Below, piece by piece: positions 38,281 to 49,610 of a stretch of DNA of 64,000 nucleotides. Both the position numbers and the translations under genes were made by a program. The DNA lies in the NCBI GenBank assembly GCA_010015805.1, contig ML978122.1, positions 1,584,453 through 1,648,452 on the forward strand, read 5' to 3'. The notes beneath the pieces are model-generated. The model did no database searches, had not been told where the DNA came from, and worked only from the letters and a program-made list of their open reading frames with translations. The DNA is from Rhizodiscina lignyota. Taxonomy: Eukaryota. The number at the start of each line of letters is the position of its first letter. The first letter of the stretch is position 1.

Positions 38281-40628
38281 ATGCCCTCAACTGTGAGACG
38301 CCTTGGAGTGCACTGTGCGATCTGGTTTGGCCACTCGTCAATAGTCGAGGTAAGCACTAATCAAAAGTTAATGAAGACCGATTTCTTCTAGAGACACGAT
38401 AGTCCGAGCAATAATGGAGAGTATATAATTTGCTAGCTTGCCCTCGATCGCGATAACGATGCTCAGCTCCTTGAGGTTAGGATTCGGACATTATGGTGCA
38501 TTGTCTCTCCGCCGTGAGTGATATTACTGACATTTTCTTTAGCCCCTCAACACAAGCGATCTGTGGGGACGATCATTTGGGGTTGTTGGAGAAGAGCGTG
38601 CCTTTGACTACATCGTCTGCGGGGGCGGTAATGCCGGGCTCACAATAGCATCACGACTCTCCGAGAAACCTACCATCAGCGTTGCAGTTGTCGAGGCTGG
38701 TGGATTCTATGAGCTCGACAACGGCTACTACTCCGAGATCCCTGGATGTTGCAGGAAATATTGTACTCCTGTGCTCGTTGGTGGCAATATCATTGATCCT
38801 CAACCGCTCGTTGATTGGGGTGTGGTCATCGAGCCACAGAAGGTAAACTTGATATATCACAATTATACCCTGTCTGATATATTCAGCACCTCAACAATCA
38901 ATCATTTCGGTACCCTGCCGGGAAAACATTGGGAGGAGGGTCGGTATTCCAGTTACGTCCCTGAATTAGAGTCGGAAATCTGACTGCGAGTAGCTCAGCT
39001 CGGAACTTCACCTCGTACCTTAGAGTAAGTTATCTGGTTAGCTAAGGATAATGCGAAACTATGCTAACCTGCTCCATGGGGGATAGCCCACGAAAGGGGC
39101 CTTTGACAAGTGGGCGGCCGAGGTTCGAGACGACTCTTATCAATTCAGGGAGTTCACCCGCTATTTCAGGAAAACTATTAGCTTCACCTCTCCTCCAGAA
39201 TCTCGACTAGCCAAGGATCACTACGACGAAGACGCATTTTGGAAGGCGGGCGGGCCAGTCAAGGTCTCTTTTCCACAATATAGACAGCCTCTGACCGACA
39301 AAATTCCCGATGCTCTTCAAAAGGCTGGCCTATCTGCACTGAGAGGCCTGAGTAGCGGCAAACTGATTGGCTTTGGTCAATCTCCATTTACTGTTGATCC
39401 TTCCACCGGCACGCGAAGCTCTTCTGAAAGCTCTTTCCTGCAGACTGCTCTTGGCCGAGAGAATCTGACAGTCTATATCAAAACGACCGCAGAGAAGATT
39501 GTGTTCGATGGGAAGAAGGCGACCGGGGTCAATGTCGAGACCGGCGGTCTGAGATACACCTTGAAGGCTAAAAATGAAGTCATTGTCTCCTCGGGTGCAT
39601 TCCGTTCCCCTCATCTACTATTGCTCTCTGGAGTTGGACCAAAGAACGATCTGGAGAAACTCGGAATCGAGGTTTTGGCTGACCGGCCCGGCGTTGGCCA
39701 GAATTACCACGTAAGTGCTAAGAACGGATTACCAGACCATTGTGTGATACTCATGTTTACCAGGATCATATGGCCGCGGAAACAATCTATCCAGTTGACT
39801 GTTACACACTCTCTGCCCTCCAAGACTCAGCATCCATGGAAGAGGCTACGAAGCAATTCATCAATACTCGAGATGGCCCACTGACAGGCATTGGTGTTGA
39901 CATTCTTGGTAAGTGATATCCTGTCAATGGATCCCAGCTGGAGAGAAATTCAGGACACTGAGACATTTGCAGCATTCGAGAAGATCCCTCCGCATCATCG
40001 TACCAAGCTCTTCCCGGAAGCAGAAAATGACCTGGCTACTACTTATCCTTCAGATTGGCCTGAAATTGAAATCATACCGCTTTCTTTTACCAACCTGCCA
40101 ACTCCAGAGCCGGAGAAGCAGCACTATATGTCGCTGATGTTCGTCAACCAAGCACCCCTGTCACGTGGAACGATCACTCTCAAGTCAGCCTCGCCCTCGG
40201 ATCCACCTGTTGTCGATCCGAATTACTTCTCCCATCCCACGGACAAGGAACTAATGATCGCAGCTTTCAGACGCGTTCGTGAGATCGCTTCTCATATGGA
40301 CTTCATCAATGGAGTGGAATTCTCACCTGGTGCCTCCGTTCAAACCGACAACGATGAGCATATTATGGAATTCCTAAAAGCAGCCGGAGTTCCCTTTTTC
40401 CATGCTGCAGGGACGTGCAAGATGGGCAAGCGTGATGACCCAATGGCTGTAGTTGACTCGACTGCAAGGCTCATCGGAGTGGAAGGTGTCCGTGTGGTCG
40501 ACGCAAGCGCCTTCCCGTTCTGCTTACCAGGACATCCTCAGAGTGTAGTGTATGCTCTGGCAGAGAAGATCGCGGAGGATATCCTGTCCATGTTGAAGAA
40601 CAGAGAGAGATTGTTACACATAAGATGA
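38281..40628 (+). CDS. GMC oxidoreductase (PatE/versicolorin B synthase-like)
   Basis: FDYIVCGGGNAGL, VAVVEAGG, SSGAFRSPHLLLLSGVGP, FHAAGTCKMG, RVVDAS, GHPQSVVYALAEKIA. Multiple introns. The first two small exons and the start at 38281 are inferred. Confidence 0.88.
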
Positions 40629-41269
40629 CCTGAACTGAAAGCGATTTGTATCACAGTATGGAGACAAGCACATAGTTCGAAGAGTGAAAATTTGCTACTG
40701 GAATGTGAACATTGAATGAAGGTCGCGTGCCCACTTGCCATTTTAGATATATACGGTGCAAGAAAATGCTTATGTTGTCGACGGTTCATAAGCGAACAGT
40801 TGACTCAATGCGTATCATGTTCGATTTCAAGCCCAAGGGCGATTGTGTCGATACTTTCCAGCGTGTTTGACGGCCAACTGGATCCACCCAAGGCGTCGAT
40901 TTGTAGTATTTTGCTGTGTGCGGCAAACTCTCTCTCCGTGTAATGCTCCTGACAGTGCAATTTTATTCGGATAAACCAGGTTTGATTATTGCTATCAGCA
41001 GAGCATTTCAAATTGAAATAACGTGTAATTTCATGCAAAGGGACACAGCAAGTCCTCTTGCTGGGTGGAGGAGCGATCGAATTGTTCGCCTTCGAAAACG
41101 TCATTGTGCGGAAATTCCATGTCTCACACGCACGAAAACTTCACCAGCTCAAGACCAGCCACACTCCCTTCCCACAACGACTACCGCGCACAACCTCTCT
41201 TGCTTCAACCTCAGCCCTATCTCTCAACATTTTCGGAACGAATCTCCAGCTTGCTATACACCGTGAGCG

Positions 41270-42319
41270 ATGGTTGATCATAATAAATTTATCCTCCGAG
41301 TCACTGCAGGAAGCTCCTACGACGTGTCAACACACCAAGAAGTCAAAGTCAACACTTCAGATGCTGTAAATATATCCTCAGATGACATTGACGCGACAAT
41401 ACGCGTCCGAGTTAAAAACTACAGAGGTTAGAGAGACATCTACACACCGCAAACGTTTTACTGACATTGAGACAAGGCCTTCCTAAGGACTCCCCTTCCG
41501 ACGCCGAATACTTCTCCCATCCTTCACATACGCGCGACCTTTACAGTATAGATTTCTCCTTCAAGCCGAAGCAGACATGGTCAGGCGACGAGATTGTCTT
41601 TGGTAACGATTTCGACCACCCGATCCGCGACCGGTTACCTCCGGGATTTGGATACGCGCTCAAATTGGTCAAGTGGATGATCGATCCAGGACTTGATGGA
41701 GACCCATATGCGGACATACCATGGCTGTACGGCCCGTTGCTGAGTAGCGTAAATATACTGCGGATTGGAGACAAGGATGCGCCTGCAAACGACGAGGAGA
41801 AGATCGTGGAAGAGGGCGCAGAAGGCGAAGGAGAAGAAATAAGACAGGATAAGAGCATACCTGAGAATCCCTCAGCGCGGATGAAACACTTCCTTACCGA
41901 ATCAAACCGCACCGATTTCGAGTTCGAGGCTGGTCGAGAGTACAAATGCGACTTCTTCAATCCGTATCTTGACTTCAACGAGTTTGCGCTCAAGCTGCCA
42001 GGCTTTACATTAAGCATAATAAGTTCTTGGGACGGTCAACCTCTGCGGTGAGTATTCCAGCCGATTTTGATGTTCTTTCTGTAGCCTAACTGAGCTAAGA
42101 GCACACACTCTCAGATATGTTCTGAAACGGCGATACAAAGACAAGGATATCAAAGACAGCACGTTGCTCTTTGTTGTCTGCTTCACTTTACTCCCTGTTG
42201 ATCAGGAGGCTGCAAATTCTATCCAGACAAGCGTCCCGCTTGTCCCGGTGGAAGGAGGTGAGGAGACGAAGGACGCGAGCAAGGACGACACAGGCTACGT
42301 CGATGATGACATCGACTGA
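41270..42319 (+). CDS. DUF1769 (UPF0590) family conserved fungal protein
   Basis: ILRVTAGSSYD, VRVKNYR|GLP, IVFGNDFDHPIRDRLPPG, IDPGLDGDPYAD, DFFNPYLDFN. Two introns. Acidic tail ends DDDID. Confidence 0.85.
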
Positions 42320-42408
42320 AACCCTCCCTCCTAGTATGAACGAGATTCGAAGCGCCTGGCAGATATGTGTGCTGAGGAGCAGACCCTCCATCCTGTGCCC
42401 AACATATC

Positions 42409-42441
42409 AGTGCACCGCCGCCGAGTGCACCGCCGCCGAGT
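42409..42441. repeat. 15-bp tandem duplication AGTGCACCGCCGCCG x2
   Basis: Read directly in the 3' flank of the DUF1769 gene. Confidence 0.8.
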
Positions 42442-42944
42442 CCGTATAGCCACAAAGGGATAGACTGGGAAAGGCCAAAGCCTGTAACTCCCATGAACAT
42501 TTTTGGCTGACTACACACCGATGTCAAAGAGTGTGGCCGTTGAGCACCAATACAGGTCCTTGCATTGAGCGGCTGCTGAAATTAGTCAGAGAATGTTTCG
42601 ATGTTAAGCAAAATCAGAAAAGCATTCATACTTCAATCCGATCCCAACTTTCAATTTGACCATTTATCGCGAGGAGCGGTTTCTACATTACGATACCACG
42701 TTATTGTAATCGAAGAAACGGTCGAAGAAACGGAAGTATCTGTTGTTTTCTTACTCGTCCGGGCTGCACAACTGGTTGTAAATCAGTACATTGGCAATAG
42801 CGGTTATCTGCATCAAGCTAACTCATGGTAGTTGGACACTCTTCGCCATTATCGGGTACATTGATTTCAACATAATAAGACTTCTGAGACTGTGCGCTCC
42901 TGCATGCTGAGTTATAAGAACGTCTTATGATACTTGTCAATTAA

Positions 42945-43688
42945 TTAATCTAATCTATTGTTTATGACGAAAGTAGCGAGCCCAAACATGAATGACACGA
43001 GCCAGAACCCCCTCGGGGATATCGTTGTCGCTCCTCCGTCAAATGTCTGCCCGGAAGAGCATGTTGATGAAGGGCCGCCGCTCGCTGTAGGGAACGCGCC
43101 GCAATCTTCACCGTTATGAGTTGCTGGTGTCGCGGTAGAATTCCAGAATGGGCCCCAAGTCAATGAGACTGTCGAACTTGTAGTACTCGTCGTTATCGCG
43201 CTGGTTGTCGGAGGGTCCGCGGGCTTCGATGTAGAAGCGCTCGATTTCGATGTTGTCGGTGGGTCCGTTGCCTTCGCTAATGGAGCAGTAGTTGATGTGA
43301 ATGTCGCACAGGCTCGAGAGAGCATGTCGTAAGTCGTCGAGCAGGAGGATTGGATGCAAGAGTCTAAGGAAGGAGAGAAACTGCTACACTTGCAGCCACC
43401 TTTTTATGTCAGTCGGCGACTCGCAAAAGCAATTCCAGGAACATTCCCATACACTTAAAATCTCCCATAGCACAGGAGCATCCAGCAAACGCTGAGGCTA
43501 AGCATGCTTGCTAACCCATAATCAGTCACGTGCCAACATATTGGAAGTTAGATACCAACAGCGCAAAGCGGGAGATTCCCGAGGTCTGACAACTGAGCAT
43601 GTACGTCGATATCTGCAACGAGTGCGAGGATAAATATTATCGAAAAGAGCGATCGCAAGGAACTCAGCGAGGACAGAATGAGAGCCAT
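42945..43688 (-). CDS. CFEM-domain, Ser/Thr-rich, probably GPI-anchored surface protein
   Basis: Spliced reading: signal peptide MALILSSLSSLRSLFSIIFILALVA, then LPLCA|QACLASAFAGCSCAMGDFK|CGCKCSSFSPSLDSCIQSSC...RAC (CFEM-like Cys spacing), S/T stalk with a DPPTTS repeat, and a hydrophobic C-terminus. Two introns. Confidence 0.8.
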
Positions 43689-44417
43689 TAGATGAGAGAG
43701 AAGGAAGGACGATGAGAGATAGGGAAGTCAGAATAGCGATGGCTTCACCATCTGGAGATCACAATGAATGTTAGGCTACAACCTGCACAGCCAGCTCGAG
43801 CTGTTGCTGCGCCTATATCTCTTGAAAGCCAAGCAAGCGACCCAATTCCGCTGTCCACATGGAGTTGGCGACAGCCTCCTTCCTTCGACATGACACATCA
43901 GGCAATCAGCTTCCCAACCGCCCCATGCACGCGAGGTCTCGTCGGGCGTCGATGGAGGCAATGCCAGAGCTCCAAGCCGCTCTCTCCGCAGTCCGCTTGC
44001 GTTTCTCCATGACGAGGCTGCAGAATGAAGACGTGGCTCTGGGGAGGTGGTGGCTGTTATTTATCGCGTTTTCAAAGAAGGCAGCAGCAAAACCACGGTT
44101 GAATGCCACACACGATTCATTCACCATCTTGGCATAAGGGGGCACATCTTCCAAAACCAGCAGAGTTAATCGAAGTGGCGTCGCCCCATTGGTCTCGAAG
44201 AGGCTCTGCTCTCATCGCTTGCAACTTTGGTGACCACGCCCGATCATGCCTTTTGTCAGTATGAGCCTCGGCGATACAGCGACGAGGCTGGGAGGGTGCT
44301 GGACAGAGCAAAGCGCGTTCCTTGATAGAGTATCTCTGGTCGACATTTCATGCGCAAGTTGTTGCTCTGATATCTCTCATTTTCAAACTGCAGAAATTTG
44401 TTGTTCCGTAGCCTGTC

Positions 44418-46800
44418 ATGGCGTCCCATGACCTGTCTAGATTTTCCTCACTCTGCTCACTGATTTTGTTGACCTCTCTCTATGCTATCAGAGCTGCGCA
44501 TGCATCATGTGGCTCTTTAATAACCTACAATCAGTACACTGAGATCCTCAAAGAGGCACCTCGATGCTTTCTGGACGCATGCAGCTCAGAGCCGCTGTCT
44601 TTGATGTCAACATCTTGCTCCTCCACGTCTCCTTGCTTCCCACTCTGAAACATACTCAACCAACAACATCAACAAACTTTAACCACGTGTGACTCCTGTC
44701 CCAAAGATGTTGCTTGTCGCATTTCCGGATGGCCTATTTTGAACGCTACTGCTGCGTGCAATATCTCGCCCAAGACTTGGATCTTCGGCACCGGTGGAGG
44801 ATGCTGTACAACAGGACAAAATCCAAGCCTTCTGGCTAACTGGATTGAGATAATTTGTAACGACACAAAATGGCGGCATCCATATGCGGATTTCAACGGC
44901 ATGGCGAAAGAAGATTGGTGGCAGTGGGAATTGCCATGGAATGAAACAGTCCGGCCGGAGAATACTTCCTCAGTCCAAGTCTCACAGCCATCATGCCCGA
45001 GTTCCGTACACTATCTTAGTCTCTTTGCCATTGAGAACTTCTGTTCTTGGTCTATTCACCGCTATTGGCTGCACTCTTTCTGTGGTGGATTCGAGCGAAG
45101 AAGTCACGGCCATCCGAGAACCCTCTTGCATGGTCCATCGCAAAATGTCTTCGACCGCTAGTATGGATGAAGAAAGGCATCGCTAAGTGTTTTGGACGCT
45201 CTGGAGGCGGCTTAGGCACTGGTGATGTTGTCACTACAATTCTACTGGCAATATTCACATCCTCGCTACAATTGGGGATCAATTTCGCAACCGCATACTT
45301 CATAAAAGGCAAACCTGGCTACAATCATGTCTCCGCTCCTCTTCTGGCTTTGTTGTTCTGTGCTCGGCCGCGACTTTCATGGCTGGCTTGCCTCTTGTCG
45401 AGCTTTCCGGACACCTTACTTATGCGATGGTTCCATCTTGAGGAGCATGAGGATCTCGTGCGCGGCCAGATGCAAGTAGCCAAAGTCGCTGTATCCGCCG
45501 CCATGAGCGAGATTGTTATGCAGCTACTTGGTAGCTATTTCCTCGGAAGAACGGCGAACGTGGCTGTCAACCGTCAGTTCTATCTGATCCACCACTTGCG
45601 GCCCTATTGGAGAGGCAAAGACGCTCGCCTGATGTACCTTGGTGCCTTGTTCTGGCTAATCGCTTGTGCCGTCATGGTCTTTTTCTGGAGCGTGGTAGTC
45701 ATCTTCCACGTAGCGATTTTCCGTTTCTTCGCTAGAACGAAGGTCTGGTTGAAACAAAATGCAGCCTCAAGTGGTCGAGCAGAAAATCGCCCACGATGGA
45801 GGAGCTGGGGATTTCGAAACGGAGCCGGAGAACGCACCGTCAGTCATAAGCCATCTTACGAACTCACTGACATTGATGACTATCAAAATGGTGGTCAGAT
45901 CCATCGACCGGAAGCGTTCCGTCGTGATGGCCAACGCTACAACAGCGTACCAGCTGAGGATCAAAATATGAGAGCAGATCAACATGGCCAGTTTTCAAGC
46001 CTGCATACTCACTCAGAGTCAAGTGGACTCAACTCCCAAACCATGAGGCCAGAAGACTTCAACAGGGACGATGGAGCCAGATATGAACCTAATCGTTCCA
46101 CGTCTACAGAATTTGATTCTCAGAATATGCGGCCTGAAGATTTCCAGCAGAGGGATGATCGTATTAGACCAGCAGCAAGAAATGGATACGGCAGTCTTCC
46201 AACGGAGCCAGAGGTCATTCAGATGAGACCTTCGGTCGTTGTGCGCAACAGAGCACATAATACACCTGTTTCAACAACAGCGCGAGAAGGTCGTGGCTAT
46301 GTGTATTCGTCATTGCCAACAGATGGAAATCAGGAAGAGCATCACACTCCTGTTAATCGGCCCCGAAGTCGAGTAATGGGTCAAGGTTACGAGGCTACAA
46401 GACACGCAAGCTACGATGGCGGTCGTGGAGAGGATCTCAATCAGCCTGAAGAAGATAGCAATCATGCACATCGTTATGACATACGACAGCACGTTCCCAG
46501 TTTCAGAGACTCGCAGCCATGGATCCTCGCTCTTGGTACAGCTCTTGGCTTAGTATGCTACGTTGCTCAGTGGCTCTTTTGGGCTGGATTTGTGAGGGCT
46601 TATGGTCCGAGGTTTGTAGTTTGCAGACTTGCGCGTATCGGCGTGGTACTAATCAAACTTTGGCAGATTTTGTCCGCCTAGTTTGGCGTCGATGGGCACA
46701 TTATGGGTCATTGCTTCATTCTTCGGTGAGAGATTACTTTCAATTCACTGTGCAAAGCTTATATTACTCAGGCCTATCAGTACCATTTGCTGTACAGTAG
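44418..46800 (+). pseudogene. Disrupted gene for a protein with signal peptide, Cys-rich ectodomain and about seven TM segments
   Basis: One frame runs from 44418 to about 45045 but contains TGA at 44646-44648. It shifts frame near 45045 into ORF 45047-46681 with no intron signals. Two 3' introns give RFCPPSLASMGTLWVIASFF and a TAG ending at 46800. Confidence 0.65.
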
Positions 46801-46964
46801 ACGCTCACTTGAAACTTCTGGTTCAGATCTCCGGATAGCATGTCCCAACGCCAAGTAAACAGTTCTAGAGCTTATAAAACTTCCCTCTTTCTGAGGATGC
46901 TGATTTACTGTTTTAATGTGGTATACAAATGTTATTAGATCTAGCAACGACATCTCAATTTGAA

Positions 46965-48818
46965 TCAAGGCTTCCCGTTGCTTCTTGAAGTGCCTGTTTT
47001 TCGACCCTTTGAAGAGCGCTGTTCCAGTAGAACACGGCTCTTCTCTAGCACGACTCGGGTCTCGTAATTCTCGCCGTTTGGGTTCCCTTCTCTGACGAGA
47101 GTGGGAGAGAGAACAAGACCGATAATATCCCCATCTTGAATCTGAGCCTGACCGTCTACAGGCGCCATTGAGCGACTATCGAACGGAAATCCGAATCGCC
47201 TCTCCCATAGTCCTTGCGTTCGCGCAATTTCGACATGATACATTGCCCACTGCTCATTCATATGCGAGTCAAGCTCTATACCCGAATGAATGATCTCTTG
47301 AAGAGTCTTTGTACAGAGAATCTCATCTCCGGAGCTCATCCACGGCTTGAGAGGTGCGATTGCAGAGTTGACAAGATCTGCAAGGATGACCTGATGTATT
47401 GGAATTCGACGACCGTATAGATCCATCTGATGTTGAGAGACGAGGAGCTGCGCCGTCAGAGCTTTCCATTTCTTGGCCAAGCGGAGCTCGTTGTCTGTTG
47501 CGCTGATTTCTTCAATGGTGTTAGTCCGACTACAGCTACAACTGCGGAACTCATTATGAATATGAGTATACTCACGAGGTCTCACAAATTTCTCTAAACG
47601 TATTAATTCCGAGCGCACGGTGGTTGCCCAGTAGAGGCCTTTGCTGTACAAATTTGGCCGGCTGTCAAATATTTCACTTTCCATAAATTTCCAGATATGA
47701 GCTTCAGCGATCAGTGGTGCCTTGTTCTCAAGTCGTAAGATGCTTTCGCATTCATCCGAGAGTTCAAGTAGAGCAATGTCTGTGTGCGGGTGCTCATGCG
47801 CTTTAAAGGTCGCCCAATCCTTCTTGACCTGCCCTGCAAAGTGTCGGTGAGCCCAGGTACGGACGCTGGATTGCAAGTGCTTCCATTGCCGTCTGAAGAA
47901 CTCATCGTCCAGCATGGACCCACGTTCGGACTTCAGGCGGGCCAATTCGTCACAGGACTGGTGGTATAACCCCTGGACCTCCTCGTAGGCGTCACGAGCT
48001 GTCAGAAGATCGCGCTCCATATCAGTAATGCGCAGGAGTCTGTCCAAGAGTTCTTGGTCCTGCGCACTAGCTAATGAACGAGCTTTCTGAACTTCTTCGT
48101 TCAAGTTGAAGTTCTCACTCATCACCTCCTCCATTCGCTCGACTTTTCCGTTCGCTGCAGAGAGCTGCTTGTCCAGATGGTCCGCACGGTCTTTCCACTG
48201 TCTTGCTAATGTTGGGTCTGGTCGCTTTCTTCTTTCTGATCCCAGCTCCATCCTCTTTTGTTCCAGCTCGACTTTCGTTTCCCGGAGCCGTTCCGACATT
48301 CTCGTGACATCTCCTTTCAACGCTGTCAAATCTCTGTTCGCCCTGTCTGCCTCATTTCGGTACTCTCTGCATTCTCTTTCTAATTGCTCAATGTCAGGGA
48401 TGCCATCTTCCCGATCATCAATAGTGTTAGTAGTTGCCTCTTGCCTTGTTCGACTTTCCACTTTCTTGATCTGCTCCCCATTGTCGGCTGGAGTATGCCC
48501 TTGCATCTCTTCTATCTCAGAGATTTTGTCATTGGACTCAGATTGGTGGGTTCCCAAAACAGAGGGTGCTCGATTACGATTCCAACCAAGTCTTGTGCCC
48601 TTCGGTCTCCGAAAAGTCCTGCTAGTCATTGGAATCTGTCTAGCCTCTGCATCTGCACCATCGGTCGAGCCATCAAACTCTTCTTCCTCATGGCCCCAGA
48701 ACTTAAATCTGTCCTTCACGGAAGTGTGGAGAGGCCTCTGATTCTCCTTATACGGACTGAGGACAGTCGAAGATTTTGCTTCATTGTTTTGATGTGCATC
48801 CAACGACATTCTCCCCAT
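46965..48818 (-). CDS. Uncharacterised protein: disordered N-terminus, long coiled coil and conserved-looking C-terminal domain
   Basis: About 600 aa with an E/R/L heptad-rich middle and C-terminus IGLVLSPTLVREGNPNGENYETRVVLEKSRV. Probable in-frame 66-nt intron at 47510-47575. Confidence 0.8.
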   Translation of the reverse strand: MGRMSLDAHQNNEAKSSTVLSPYKENQRPLHTSVKDRFKFWGHEEEEFDGSTDGADAEARQIPMTSRTFRRPKGTRLGWNRNRAPSVLGTHQSESNDKISEIEEMQGHTPADNGEQIKKVESRTRQEATTNTIDDREDGIPDIEQLERECREYRNEADRANRDLTALKGDVTRMSERLRETKVELEQKRMELGSERRKRPDPTLARQWKDRADHLDKQLSAANGKVERMEEVMSENFNLNEEVQKARSLASAQDQELLDRLLRITDMERDLLTARDAYEEVQGLYHQSCDELARLKSERGSMLDDEFFRRQWKHLQSSVRTWAHRHFAGQVKKDWATFKAHEHPHTDIALLELSDECESILRLENKAPLIAEAHIWKFMESEIFDSRPNLYSKGLYWATTVRSELIRLEKFVRPREYTHIHNEFRSCSCSRTNTIEEISATDNELRLAKKWKALTAQLLVSQHQMDLYGRRIPIHQVILADLVNSAIAPLKPWMSSGDEILCTKTLQEIIHSGIELDSHMNEQWAMYHVEIARTQGLWERRFGFPFDSRSMAPVDGQAQIQDGDIIGLVLSPTLVREGNPNGENYETRVVLEKSRVLLEQRSSKGRKTGTSRSNGKP

Positions 48819-49610
48819 CGTGTACAAAAGCCTTGGCTTGAATTATTGGTACTGAGATGATTTTAGTAATGGGATTGACACGACAGTAAAGTTAAAGATT
48901 GGCTCTGATCCCGATGAAAAGGTGATTGCGTGTACAAGGCTGAAAATCGCTTGACACAAACCCAGGTTGTCAAGGGAAGCAAAATGAGCGCGGACCACGC
49001 CTGACTGAAAAGGCGAAAGGCAATGTGTGAACGGGAGTAGCAAGGTAGAGAGTCGAGGCTGTGACAGCTAAGAGTTACGCCCGGCATGATGCATACGCGA
49101 GCTGGGAGTATTGAATATTAGAGAGGTTCCGCAGTTCCCAGCCTCAACAGCGAACCAATCCCCGCGAACAAAATGCTTTCGGGTCGAAAGAAGAAATTGT
49201 GTGTTCTTCAAATATCACATCCTAGTGCTGTATGAGTATTTGTAGTGACCGTGGCTTTGCGACGGTGGGGGAGTAGCCTGATACGTGATGAGTAGATAGA
49301 AGTGGCTGCCGTCGTGCTTGCGCCTGCGAACCACCAACAATTTTTTGCGGCTGGGTTCTTGTTGAGAATTTTTTAAGGCTTCATGTAAATACCAAGTGGC
49401 TGTGTATATCTCCTGGCGATTGAGGTGCTGGGTGCGCCACGTTAAGAGTGCGAACTTACCCCGGCGCAGCCTCGTTGAGCTCCAAACTCGTTCTCTGAAG
49501 CTGCGCTGTCCTTTCCAGAGTTCGCTGAGACATGCTGGAGATGGGGAAACTATTCAACTCGCGGAATCGAGACTGATTTAGGCGTGTGTGAGTCTGAATC
49601 ATTCCCATAT

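Noticed and set aside
18991..40628. Reading the cluster as a salicylaldehyde or epoxyquinol polyketide biosynthetic cluster (cupin, SnoaL, P450, GMC)
   Set aside because: No PKS or SDR genes lie between the conserved flanks, and the ring-cleavage dioxygenase and hydrolase favour catabolism. It is not fully excluded if a backbone gene lies elsewhere.
48106..48860. Long plus-strand ORFs antisense to the coiled-coil gene
   Set aside because: Ser/Leu/Phe-rich shadows of the Glu/Arg/Lys-rich sense frame.
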